Assembly (NCBI RefSeq): GCF_004010195.1
Contig: NC_057720.1
Coordinates: 34,899,992-34,963,991 of the forward strand
Source: Chiloscyllium plagiosum
Lineage: Eukaryota
Length of the DNA stretch: 64,000 nucleotides
Direction: 5' to 3'
Shown here: positions 12,305 to 23,340 of the stretch, in pieces
How positions within the stretch are numbered: the first letter of the stretch is position 1
Layout: every line of letters begins with the position of its first letter
Program-made: the position numbers and the translations under genes
The notes under the pieces: model-generated
What the model saw: only the letters and a program-made list of their open reading frames with translations
What the model was told of the DNA's origin: nothing
Databases searched by the model: none

Positions 12305-12936
12305 TAAGTAAACTCGCAGGGCTACTGGAATACAGTGGGATAGTGGGACTGAATGAATGTTCTATGCTGAGTGAGTGTGGACTCAATTGATAGACTATCG
12401 TCTTTTCAAGTTACAAATGACTTTATGGGCTGGATATTGTAAGCCTCTGCTCTGTGTGATTTTGATGGGAACACATGGAAAATAAGGTGAGTGCACAGTC
12501 TATTACCTTTCATCTTCCCACTCACCATCAAGTTTATCCCCATAATACAGAGGATGGATGGGCTCTGAAATTGATCATTCAGATCAATCAGATTGACCAG
12601 AAGATCCCCAGGGAAAGGCTTCCACACCAGGCAGGAGTGCAAGCCCTGTTTTGTCCTCACTGTTGCCATCAACAGCACATCTTCACTCCCAGGGAGACAC
12701 TTTGTTTGTCAGTTTTGTTGTTTTTCAGTCAGGAAGGTGAGCAGACCATCTCCCCTTGATGGTGTAAAAACAATGACTGCAGATGCTGGAAACCAGATTC
12801 TGGATTAGTGGTGCTGGAAGAGCACAGCAATTCAGACAGCATCCGAGGACAGGCAAAATCGACGTTTCGGGCAAAAGTCCTTCATCAGGAATAAAGGCAG
12901 AGAGCCTGAAGCGTGGAGAGATAAGCTAGAGGAGGG

Positions 12937-13877
12937 NNNNNNNNNNNNNNNNNNNNNNNNNNNNNNNNNNNNNNNNNNNNNNNNNNNNNNNNNNNNNNNN
13001 NNNNNNNNNNNNNNNNNNNNNNNNNNNNNNNNNNNNNNNNNNNNNNNNNNNNNNNNNNNNNNNNNNNNNNNNNNNNNNNNNNNNNNNNNNNNNNNNNNNN
13101 NNNNNNNNNNNNNNNNNNNNNNNNNNNNNNNNNNNNNNNNNNNNNNNNNNNNNNNNNNNNNNNNNNNNNNNNNNNNNNNNNNNNNNNNNNNNNNNNNNNN
13201 NNNNNNNNNNNNNNNNNNNNNNNNNNNNNNNNNNNNNNNNNNNNNNNNNNNNNNNNNNNNNNNNNNNNNNNNNNNNNNNNNNNNNNNNNNNNNNNNNNNN
13301 NNNNNNNNNNNNNNNNNNNNNNNNNNNNNNNNNNNNNNNNNNNNNNNNNNNNNNNNNNNNNNNNNNNNNNNNNNNNNNNNNNNNNNNNNNNNNNNNNNNN
13401 NNNNNNNNNNNNNNNNNNNNNNNNNNNNNNNNNNNNNNNNNNNNNNNNNNNNNNNNNNNNNNNNNNNNNNNNNNNNNNNNNNNNNNNNNNNNNNNNNNNN
13501 NNNNNNNNNNNNNNNNNNNNNNNNNNNNNNNNNNNNNNNNNNNNNNNNNNNNNNNNNNNNNNNNNNNNNNNNNNNNNNNNNNNNNNNNNNNNNNNNNNNN
13601 NNNNNNNNNNNNNNNNNNNNNNNNNNNNNNNNNNNNNNNNNNNNNNNNNNNNNNNNNNNNNNNNNNNNNNNNNNNNNNNNNNNNNNNNNNNNNNNNNNNN
13701 NNNNNNNNNNNNNNNNNNNNNNNNNNNNNNNNNNNNNNNNNNNNNNNNNNNNNNNNNNNNNNNNNNNNNNNNNNNNNNNNNNNNNNNNNNNNNNNNNNNN
13801 NNNNNNNNNNNNNNNNNNNNNNNNNNNNNNNNNNNNNNNNNNNNNNNNNNNNNNNNNNNNNNNNNNNNNNNNNNNNN
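12937..13877. other. Assembly gap (others at 23722-24138, 29067-29960, 30972-31366)
   Basis: Runs of N; all four lie inside young repeats. Confidence 1.
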
Positions 13878-13923
13878 ACTCTCTCCCCACCCCCACCCTC
13901 CTCTAGCTTATCTCTCCACGCTT

Positions 13924-13982
13924 CAGGCTCTCTGCCTTTATTCCTGATGAAGGGCTTTTGCCCGAAACGTCGATTTTGCCTG
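13924..13982 (+). ncRNA. Minimal type I hammerhead ribozyme, intact core (family A)
   Basis: CTGATGA (13944-13950), extra A, stem II GGGC-TTTT-GCCC, GAAA (13964-13967), CG, TC (predicted cleavage after 13971). Stem I is TC/GA plus distal CAGGC/GCCTG. Antisense copies at ~12858-12890 and ~17281-17312. Confidence 0.85.
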
Positions 13983-14774
13983 TCCTCGGATGCTGCCTGA
14001 ATTGCTGAGCTCTTCCAGCACCACTGATCCATCTCCCCTTGATATTCAATCCAATGATCTTTAATGAAATATTTTCATTGCCACATGTTTTTTAAAGACC
14101 AGAAATACTATAGCTATAAGATCAGTCAGCATGTGAAAGTCCTAAATCAATAAGTATTTCAGCTTTTACTCTTTTGCAAAACTTATTCAGCTGTTCTTTC
14201 AGATACTTCTATCAGTTCATCACATTTTCCCCATATAGCACACTTTCAATTCTAAAAAACAAAAGGATGCAAAATAATATTGTTGTTTTTGATTCATTGT
14301 TAAAGACATTCTTCCGCATGTAGATGAATTATAAAAATCCAATGAAGGCATGCTAAGGTCCAGTTAACAGATGCATACATAAACACATGTTTTTAAGAAC
14401 ATTGGGTTGTTTACTGGGTCAGCATTTTAATTTCTTCAATGAATTAATTCTGGAAAGTTAAGCTTCATGTTATTCAAAAAGTACTGTATTCTAATTTTAC
14501 TTGTAAAGGATTAAATAGTGAATAGAAAGTCCCTCAGACAATTGTCACATGTAGGTCAGAGTCAGGAGAATTGCAGCATACTTGTTGGCATACCACAACC
14601 CCCCCATCTATGAATTAACCTCCCCAAGGATATCTAGGGCACAGTCAATTTATCAGAAAAACATGTTGACAAGGGAGTCAGTGACTACATGGGAGTGGAG
14701 GACCTCCAGCAGACTGTGACAGACTGAAACTCCCGACAGTCAGTTGAGATCCTGAGTTGAAGGGATGAGGTTTA

Positions 14775-14959
14775 TTAACATTCACTTGATGGATAGTTGG
14801 CACCAGTAAGAGTCTCTAAGCTACACTGCAGCAAAGCTGGAACTGGACCGTGACGCACTGATGCAGGAAGACTGTATGGCCAAAGCGGTGAATAAAAATA
14901 CCAAAGAAGTAATTGACAGGAACAAGAAATAATCATTAGAGCAACATTACTGAGGAAGC
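14775..14959 (-). CDS. Candidate terminal exon (GFLSNVALMIISCSCQLLLWYFYSPLWPY...SSEC*)
   Basis: Acceptor 'gttcccgtatgttttccag|G'; the phase-1 frame is open for 60 codons and is compatible with the phase-1 donor at 24722; stop TAA overlaps AATAAA. Confidence 0.3.
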
Positions 14960-15265
14960 CTGGAAAACATACGGGAACAAGATTAAAGAAACTGGGAGAT
15001 CTATTCACAGTACAATACACAATCTCTATGTTGTCAATTAAAAAATACATTACATTTGTTCCCTTCGACTACAACAGCACAGGTTAGGGATTGTATTTAT
15101 AAACATTTAATCATATCCCAACAAAATCAAATTAAATTAAAACTGTTTATTTCAAAGAGATGAACAACTAAATAATATCAGTATGTAACATATTTCGAAT
15201 TCATCAATGTGACAACTCAATCTGACATCTATGTCTGAAAGACCATTACTGTGCCAAAGTGACAT

Positions 15266-16035
15266 CATAGAACATAGAACATAGAATATTATAGCATAGT
15301 ACAGGCCCACGACCCTTGATATTGTGCTGATCTGTGAAACCAATCTAAAGCCCAACCTACATTATTCCATTACTATCCATATGTTTATCCAATGACCATT
15401 TAAAAATCTTAATGTTGGCAAGTTCATTACTGTTGCAGACAGGATGTTTCATGTCCTTATTACCTCTGACATCTGTCCTAGATCTATCACCCCTCAATTT
15501 AAAGCTGTGTTCCCTTGTGCTAGCCATTGCCATCCAAGGAAAAAGGGTTCTCACTATCCACCCTATCTCATCCTCTGATCATCTTGTATGCCTCTATTAT
15601 GTCACTTCTTAAACTTGTTCTCTCTAACAAAAAACAGCCTCAAATCCCTCAGCCTTGCCTCGTCAGGCCTTCCCTCCATAGCAGGCAACATCCTGGTAAA
15701 TCTCCTCTGCATTCTTTCCTATGCTTCCACATCCCTCCAATAATGTGGCGATCAGAACTGTACGCAATACTCCATGTGTGGCTGCACCAGAGTATTATAC
15801 AGCTGCAACATGACCTCATGGCTCCGAAACTCAATCCCTCTACCAATAAAAGCTAACACACTGTATGCCTCCTTAACAACCCTATCAACCTAGGCGGCGA
15901 ATTTCAGGGATTTATGCACATGGATACTGAGATCTTTCTGCTCATCCACATTACCAAGAATCTTATCATTAGCCTAGTGAACTGTATTCCTGTTAATCCT
16001 TCCAAAGTGAATCACCTCACACTTTGCCACGTTAA
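15266..16035 (-). mobile_element. 5'-truncated CR1 LINE, second subfamily with (GTTCTAT)n-type tail
   Basis: 'catagaacatagaacatagaat' tail; frameshifted CR1 C-terminal coding sequence on the minus strand. Confidence 0.9.
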
Positions 16036-16375
16036 ATGTTATGTTCCCACCTCTCCGCCCAAATTCAGCTAGTTGAGCCCAGCAATATGTTATAAATGTA
16101 ATAACTGAAACATCTAATGATACAATATAACAAATGTATAATCAATAACAACATTGCACACCCTTTGACAGAAGCATATCAGAGAAATTAACCCTAAATA
16201 GATGCTGAATCAAAGGAGGAAAGATTATTAGCAGCATCCAAAATCTTGTTAATGTTTTTAGCTCTGATTCTAAAAAAATGAAAAGAGCTGGACAAGGTTA
16301 ATGGTTTTGGAAGAAAATTCCTCAACAACCCAGCTTACATATGTATATGGCCACAATTACTGACAGCTAGAAGTT

Positions 16376-17080
16376 TGTTAGGGTGCTGTAACCAATCCTC
16401 CTTTCTGTATTGAGTCTAAAGCTCTGTTCAGTTAACAGTGACACACAGGATGAACTGTGTATAAAAGGCATGTCATTTATAATACAGCTTTTTAGAGTCT
16501 GAATTTTAAAATAATGCCATATGGTTACATTTGAGAAAGGTTTTTAAAAATTATCTAGGTCAGAGAGTCTTTCTGAAACAGTGACCTTGTGCAGTATGTA
16601 TCAGACAGCTGACAATACCTGGAGTGTTAATGAAAAGTTATTTACATTGGGCTGACTTAAGACGGGTGGAGTAAACATAGAAGGCCATTATTTTGTTTTT
16701 AGTATAAAGTAATCAAGGATTAATTCATAGTATAGAAAACCTGGAGATTGAAAGCCTTTAGGTCTTTTTGGAGAATGTCATGGTAAGCATATTTGTGTCT
16801 CTCCTCATGTCTCTTCCTGTGCTGGCAGTTTTAAGATTTTTCTAGCCATGATCTACATCTGAAGAGCTTGTTTTTTGGGATTTTATTTGTGTTTTTTGTG
16901 TAATAAACATCTGTTCTGTTGTTAAATAATCTTCAGGCTCATAGATTATGTTTCAGCAAATGAATATTAACCAAAATTTTGAAAAAATTGATCTATTTAG
17001 CCAGACGTCATGCAGGGGTTCGACTTGTCCAGCTCAGATCACAGTGTGAGTCTTAAAAAGAAGTGGCACCTGTCGTAACA
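16376..17080 (+). mobile_element. Possible solo LTR
   Basis: Starts TGTTA and ends TAACA; TATAAAA at ~16459, TATAAA at ~16704, AATAAA at ~16902. No convincing TSD. Confidence 0.3.
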
Positions 17081-17098
17081 ACAAGGTGTGGTTTATTG

Positions 17099-17425
17099 CA
17101 ACAAAAACAGACATTGCTGGAAAAGCTCAGCAGGTCTAGCAGCATCTGTGAAGAGAAATCACAATTAAAGTCTCGGGGTGGGGGGTGGGGGGGGTCACTG
17201 GACCAGTATTTCCAGGAGGTCTGGATTAGAGTGGTGCTCGAAAAGCACAGCAGTTCAGGCAGCATCTGAGGAGCAGTAAAATCGACGTTTCAGGCAAAAG
17301 CCCTTCATCAGGAATACAGGCAGAGAGCCTGAAGGGTGGAGAGATAAACGAGAGGAGGGTGGAGGTGGGGAGAAAGTAGTATAGAGTACAATAGATGAGT
17401 GGGGGAGGGGGTGAAGGTGATAGGT
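17099..17425 (-). mobile_element. Antisense PLE pLTR fragments (family C 17099-17165; family A 17220-17425 with hammerhead)
   Basis: 17222-17370 matches 12801-12936 and includes 'atcgacgtttcaggcaaaagcccttcatcagg'. Confidence 0.85.
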
Positions 17426-17427
17426 TA

Positions 17428-20015
17428 GGAGCCAGCAACACATTATCGATGAGGATGAGCACACGCCAAGATCTTCCCTACACTTCCACTTCTCGCCTTT
17501 AAACAACTGCCAATCCTTAAACAGACCATTGTTCGCAACAAACTGCCCAGCATTCAGGACAATATCAACCATAACACCATACAACCCTGTCATGGCAGCC
17601 ATTGCAAAACGTGTTAGAGTGTTGACATGGATAATAACATCGCATGTGGGGACACCATCCATCACATGTGCAGCAGGTACTCATATGACTTGGCCAATGT
17701 TGTCTATCTGATACGCTGTAGGCAAGAATGCCCCGATGCATGGTATATTGGTGAGACCAAGCAGACGCTACAACAACAAATGAATGGGAGAGTCCAGAGA
17801 CAGTATATTCCTGTTAGAGTGAAAGGGAAGGCTGGTAGGTACAGGGAATGCTGGGTGACTAAAGAAATTGAAGGTTTAGTTAAGAAAAAGAAGGAAGCAT
17901 ATGTCAGGTATGGACAGGGTAGATCGAGTGAATCCTTAGAAGAGTATAAAGGCAGTATACTTAAGGGAGAAATCAGGAGCACAAAAAGGAGACATGAGAT
18001 AGCTTTGGCAAATAGAATTAAGGAGAATCTAAAGGATTTTTACAAATACATTAAGGACAAAAGGGTGACGAGGAAGAGAATAGGGCCCCTCAAAGATCAG
18101 CAAGGCAGCCTTTGTGTAGAGACGCAGAAAATGGGGGAGGTGCTAAACGAGTATTTTGCATCAATGTTTACTGTGGAAAAGGACATGGAAGATATAGATT
18201 GTAGGGAAATAAATGGTGACATCTTGAAAAATGTCCGTATTACAGAGGAGGAAGTGCTGAAGGTCTTGAAATGCATAAAGGTGAATAAATCCACAGGATC
18301 TGATCAGGTGTACCCTTGAACTCTGTTGGGAAGCTAGGGAAGTGATTGCTGGGCCTCTTGCTGAAATATTTGTATCATCGATAGTCACAGATGAGGTGCT
18401 GGAAGACTGGAGATTGGCTAATGTGGTGCCACTGTTTAAGAAGGGCGGTAAAGACAAGCCAGGGAACTATAGACCAGTGAGCCTGATGTCGGTGGAGGGC
18501 AAGTTGTTGGAGGGAATCCTGAGGGACTGGATGTACATGTATTTGGAAAGGCAAGGACTGATTAGGAATAGTCAACATGGCTTTGTGCATGGGAAATCAT
18601 GTCTCACAAACTTGAATGAGTTTTTTGAAAAAGTAACAAAGAAGATTGATGAGGGCAGAGAATTGGAGGTGTAGTGGACAGCAAAGAAGGTTGCTTCAGA
18701 TTACAACAGGATCTTGATCAGATGGGCCAATGGGCTGAGAAGTGACAGATGGAGTTTACTTCAGATAAATGCGAGGTGCTGCATTTTGGGAAAATAAATC
18801 TTAGCAGGGCTCATACACTTAATGATAAGGTCCTAAGGAGAGTTGCTAAACAAAGAGAACTTGGAGTGCAGGTTCGTAGCTCCTTGAAAGTGGAGTCACA
18901 GGTAGATAGGATAGTGAAGAAGGCGTTTGGTGTGCTTTCCTTTATTGGTCAGAGTATTGAGTACAGGAGTTGGGAGGTCATGTTGCAGCTCTACGGGACA
19001 TTGGTTAGGCCACTGTTGGAATATTGTGTGCAATTCTGGTCTCCTTCCTATCAGAAAGATGTTGTGAAACTTGAAAAGGTTCAGAAAAGATTTACAAGGA
19101 TGTTGCCAGGGTTGGAGGATTTGAGCTACAGGGAGAGGCTGAACAGGCTGGGGCTGTTTTCCTTGGAGCGTCGGGGTCTGAGGGGTGACCATATAAAGGT
19201 TTACAAAATCATGAGGGACATGGATAGGAAAATAGACAAAGTCTTTTCAAGGGGTGGGGGAGTCCAGAACTAGAGGGCATAGGTTTAGGGTGAGAGGAGA
19301 AAGATATAAAAGATGCCTACGGGGCAATGTTTTCACTCAGAGAGTGGTACGTGTATTGAATGAGCTGCCAGAGGAAGTGGTGGAGGCTGGTACAATTGCA
19401 ACATTTAAAAGGCATTTAGATGGGTATATGAATAGGAAGGGTTTGGAGGGATATGGGCCGTTTGCTGGCACGTGGAACTAGATTGGGTTGGGATATCTGG
19501 TCGGCATGAACGGGCTGGACCAAAGGGTCTGTTTCCATGCTGTACAAATCTATCACTCTATGACTCTATGACACCACACAACAATCGCCAGCGAGGGATA
19601 TTCCCTTCCATTCGGGGAACACTTCAGCAGTCAAGGAAATACAACCAGTCTGACTCAAGGTTGGGATACAGACAGACTCTAGCCTCACACCTTTAGTGCA
19701 TTATCTGAGTTGCGATGTCACTTTCGTTTATGAAACCTTAAGTTATCTTGATACTGTGACTTGAAAGAAGTTCTGGGATTTCCATATGAATCAATCGAAA
19801 CCTGCATCACCATTCTAAGTGATTACAGACTAAACAGCAATCTCAGTTTGTTCAGTACATCACATCAATTGTATGATAATTTGATCTTTTACTATAAATT
19901 CTGTGTCCGATGATCCTGCCCCATTAACTACCTGATGAAGGAGCAGCGCCTCAAAAGCTTGTGCTTCCAAATAAACCTGTTGGACTATAACCTGGTGTTG
20001 TGTGATTGTTAACTT
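17428..20015 (+). mobile_element. Penelope-like element (family B): GIY-YIG endonuclease remnant plus 3' pLTR, split by a CR1 insertion
   Basis: 'CHGSHCKTC..NVVYLIRCRQECPDAWYIGETKQTLQQQMNG' (to 17788) resumes at 19572 as 'HHTTIASEGYSLPFGEHFSSQG'; pLTR with CTGATGA at 19932-19938. Confidence 0.88.
17789..19571 (+). mobile_element. 5'-truncated CR1 LINE with an internal deletion of the RT core
   Basis: ORFs 18342-18674, 18749-19273 and 19254-19481. At 18660/18661 'IDEGR' joins directly to 'aattggaggtgtagtggacag', skipping the DFSKAFD...FADD region. (ACTCTATG)n tail. Confidence 0.95.
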
Positions 20016-20139
20016 TTAAAAGAAAGCAAAAATTGAAGGCTGGTCCTTGGGAGTGCAGGATGATCAGTGGTGCCTGTATGCCACGTGCTAATTTTTGATT
20101 TATAAAAGTGTTTTGGAACTATAGTTTACATTGTCTCCC

Positions 20140-22170
20140 CATACATTTTTTTCCAATAGGAATCATTTCATATTTCTCTGTATTGAATTTAATCTACACA
20201 CTTGGTCATTTCTACTGGCAGTTCATTTCCTTTACTAACACCTCATTGTTTACCACATATTAATATATTGTCTCATCTGGAGACTTCAAAATAATACCCA
20301 TTATAACCAAGTCCAGGTCACTAATATTTATTGGAAGTACAAAACTACTGAATACTGACCCCCAGGAGGACACACTTGGGATTTCATATCAGTTTGAACA
20401 AGTGGTCATGACTCTCTACTTCCTGTCTCTTAGGCAATTTTGTCGCCATTCCCCTGCAATCTCCTGTGGGCTTCAGTTTTGCCAACTGTTTCATTATGTA
20501 ACATTTAATCAATTGCCTTTTGAAAGCCCAAATAGTGTACTATACTCAAAAACCCTTTCTGCTATTGCATCAAATAACATAAGCAAATTTATCAATAATG
20601 AATTGCTTTTAATGAATGTTTGGCTGCGTTGATTAAACTTAATTCTGCTTGTACCAAATGACATGATGGAACCCTTTAAAGCCAGATGTGCCAATTTCCT
20701 CGTATTTCCTGTGAAACGCTTTTTCTTCTGTCTGATGTGCAGTGCAGTTCAGCTAGCATTTGGCCTGTGCAATTGTCCAGTTGATCCAAAAGATTATATT
20801 TTCCTAATTTGTTGACCTAAATGGCTGAGGTAATTCTATATTATTCATTTCAATATTCTCATTCACTAAGATCCTTAATGAGCGAAGCTATAGCCTTGAA
20901 TGTTGAGTGTGTTGTATAGCAAAGACAGGGTCATAGGTAAACGACAAAAGTGATTTAGTTGTTAGCTGATTGAATTTTCTAACAATGCAGTGGTCAGATT
21001 TTGATGATTCCTCCATCATAACTGGCAGGGTTTCATCTACCTGTTTTTGAGCACACATTCCTGCATGCCATTAACCTCACCAGTCAGGAATGCCTCTAGG
21101 CTTGTAACAGTCCCACTCACAAATGGTCAGAGACAATTATATTAAGTTCCAGCCCTATTTGGCATGCCTTGAAACTGTTAGTCTTTTGTCAAGACGGAGT
21201 CGGTACCTGGTCAAGATGAAGAAATAGCTGAATGGGGACTGGGGGAGGTGTCTTTGTGTCACAGCACTCATTATTACCTGTGGAGTCAGACAGAAGAGAT
21301 TGGCTTAGGTTAAAAATACTTTTCTTGCTTGGACAGTATTCTGTTATTCAATTCTGGGATGTCACCTTATTCTTTCTTTCATCAGTAGCCATTGAGCAGG
21401 TTTTTTTAAATAGAACAAACTGTAAACTTTCTTGATCATGTACACCATGATCTAGGCTATTCAACATAAATGGCATAAAATAATAGGGCATTAGGCTGCT
21501 TATGCCAGTGTCAGCTCTTTAATATAGTTACTTATTTTAGTCCCACTCCCCTGCCCTTTCACATAAGAGACACAAGAAATATAGCGGGAGTAAAACATAC
21601 GGCCTCTCAAGTTTTCTTTCCCATTTGAAATTATCATAGCTGATTCTGAAGACTACTTTCTTATTCCTGATGAAGGGCTTTTCCCCAAACGTCGATTTTG
21701 CCTGTCCTCGGATGCTGCCTGAACTGCTGTGCTCTTCCAGCACCACTGATCCAGAATACTTTCTTATTCTGTCAGAATCCAAAGTTCTGCTGATCTCCTT
21801 CTTGCATGTGGTCAAGGATTAAGCATCCACACTTCTCTGGGGTAGAGATTTCCCAAAATTCATAACCGTCATAATAAAGAAATTTCTCTGCACTCTAAAT
21901 GACCATCCCCTTACCCTGAAATTTTGCTTTCTACATTCTTCAGTCGGCAAAAACAGCCTCTCCCTTCTCAAGGTCTCCCAATATCTTTGATATTTCAATG
22001 GGCTTACCTCTCATTTTTCTAAATATCAGAGTGGATCGGCCCATCCTACCCAATAAACTAAACACCACATTCCAGTAATCAATGTAGTGAAACTTTGTTG
22101 CATGCCTTCTCAGGCAGGTTAATCCTTCCTTCAGTACAGAGACCAAACAATGCACAGTACTCTGATACTC
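20140..22170 (-). mobile_element. Two very old CR1 fragments (about 20140-20700 and 21780-22170)
   Basis: Degenerate 'tattgaatttaatctac...', 'aatactgacccccaggaggacac', 'atccacacttctctggggtagagatttcccaaa', 'gaccaaacaatgcacagtactc'. Confidence 0.5.
21667..21756 (+). mobile_element. 90-bp hammerhead-headed PLE mini-insertion (family A) with 13-bp TSD
   Basis: Perfect direct repeat tactttcttattc at 21654-21666 and 21757-21769. The insert begins exactly with CTGATGA; GAAA is mutated to CAAA. Confidence 0.88.
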
Positions 22171-22715
22171 CCTTTAAACTTGCAAATGTTTACACTTTAA
22201 ATCCACATACAGGTACTGCAAGCATCTGAGGCCCTTATAGATTTAAGATCAGCACTTGGTGATTGACTGAGCATGGTTGCAACCAGACCAGGAATAAAAG
22301 ATTCTTTGTTTGCCAGCTCACTGAAAAGTGAGATAGCCAACTAATCCTACTATAGGGACTCAGATGAGGATCTCAGTGGAGTGATATATAGGAGAATATT
22401 GTTGGGCATGCACACCAAGTGCTTTGGCTAGCCTGCCACATAGCCTCCTCTTAGTATGGAGAAGTGCAGTTCGAACTTGACAGAAGTCATCACACAAAGT
22501 TTGCCCTATTCAAAGCCTCTGTTCCATCTCCCTGTTATGCTACAGATTCAGAGGCTTTGAAAATGTAGCCATAACCACATTGCAGTCTTTCTGCGGACAA
22601 GATTACTGAAATCTCTGCCACCCTATAAGGATGTCACAATATTCCCTACGAAATTCAGGCACTTACCATAAAATCTTCACCAACACAGTGGACACAGAGG
22701 CCAACCTCTACACAC

Positions 22716-23059
22716 GGGGAGGTAATGGCCTAGTGGTATTCTTACTGGACTGTTAATCCAGAGACCCATATAAAGTTCTGGGGACCTGAGTTCAAATCCC
22801 ACCACCGCAGATGGTGGAATTTGAATCCAATAACGATGTGGAATTAAGTGTCTAATGATGATGATTGTCAGGGATAAAAAACAATCTTGTTCACTCTCCC
22901 CCTTTAGGGAAGGACACTGCCATCCTTAACTGATCTGGCTGACATGCGACTACAGACCAATACCAGTGTGGTTCACTCAATTGAACTCTGGGCAATTAGG
23001 AATGGATAATAAATGCTGGCCTTGCCAGCAATGCCTTCATCCTGTGAATGAATAAAAAA
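22716..23059 (+). mobile_element. tRNA-derived SINE with an L2/CR1-type 3' tail
   Basis: A box TGGCCTAGTGG and B box GAGTTCAAATCC; tail 'aataaatgctggccttgccagcaatgccttcatcctgtgaatgaataaaaaaa' matches the LINE end at 61235-61295. An older minus-strand copy lies at ~25150-25370. Confidence 0.85.
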
Positions 23060-23340
23060 ACACTCCCTGTTCAGCAATGCATATTGCATGAGCTATGGTA
23101 GGAGCAGGTACCAGTTGAGCATGCAAATTCCTTTAAAAATGGGAGGTAAGGTCAACATCCATAACACTGCCTCCTTTGGCAATACAGAGAAGAAGATGTG
23201 CATATTTACAATAGCTAGAGGGCAGGTGTTTATCTGTACTGTCTAAATTAGTATTATTTGAAAATTTTTATATTCTATCCCAAATGTCTGAGCAAAATAA
23301 GCATCCATGTCTGTGGGATTCTACAATTTACTAACTACAA

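Larger units (their letters stand above)
12761..14030. mobile_element. Young Penelope-like insertion with inverted pLTRs (family A); interior hidden by gap
   Basis: 12801-12936 is a near-perfect inverted copy of 13895-14030; extra ~40-nt tail at 12761-12800; TSD ccatctccccttgat at 12746-12760 and 14029-14043. Confidence 0.88.

Noticed and set aside
12832..14032. Long ORFs of 200-450 aa spanning X runs (also near 23.5-24.2, 28.7-30.1 and 30.8-31.4 kb)
   Set aside because: Artefacts of translating across N gaps.
17627..18319. 230-aa ORF as a novel nuclease fusion gene
   Set aside because: Chance in-frame junction of a decayed PLE GIY-YIG and an inserted CR1; the PLE frame resumes at 19572.
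18655..18670. CR1 RT-core deletion as a spliced-out intron
   Set aside because: Compared with intact copies, the junctions are not GT...AG.
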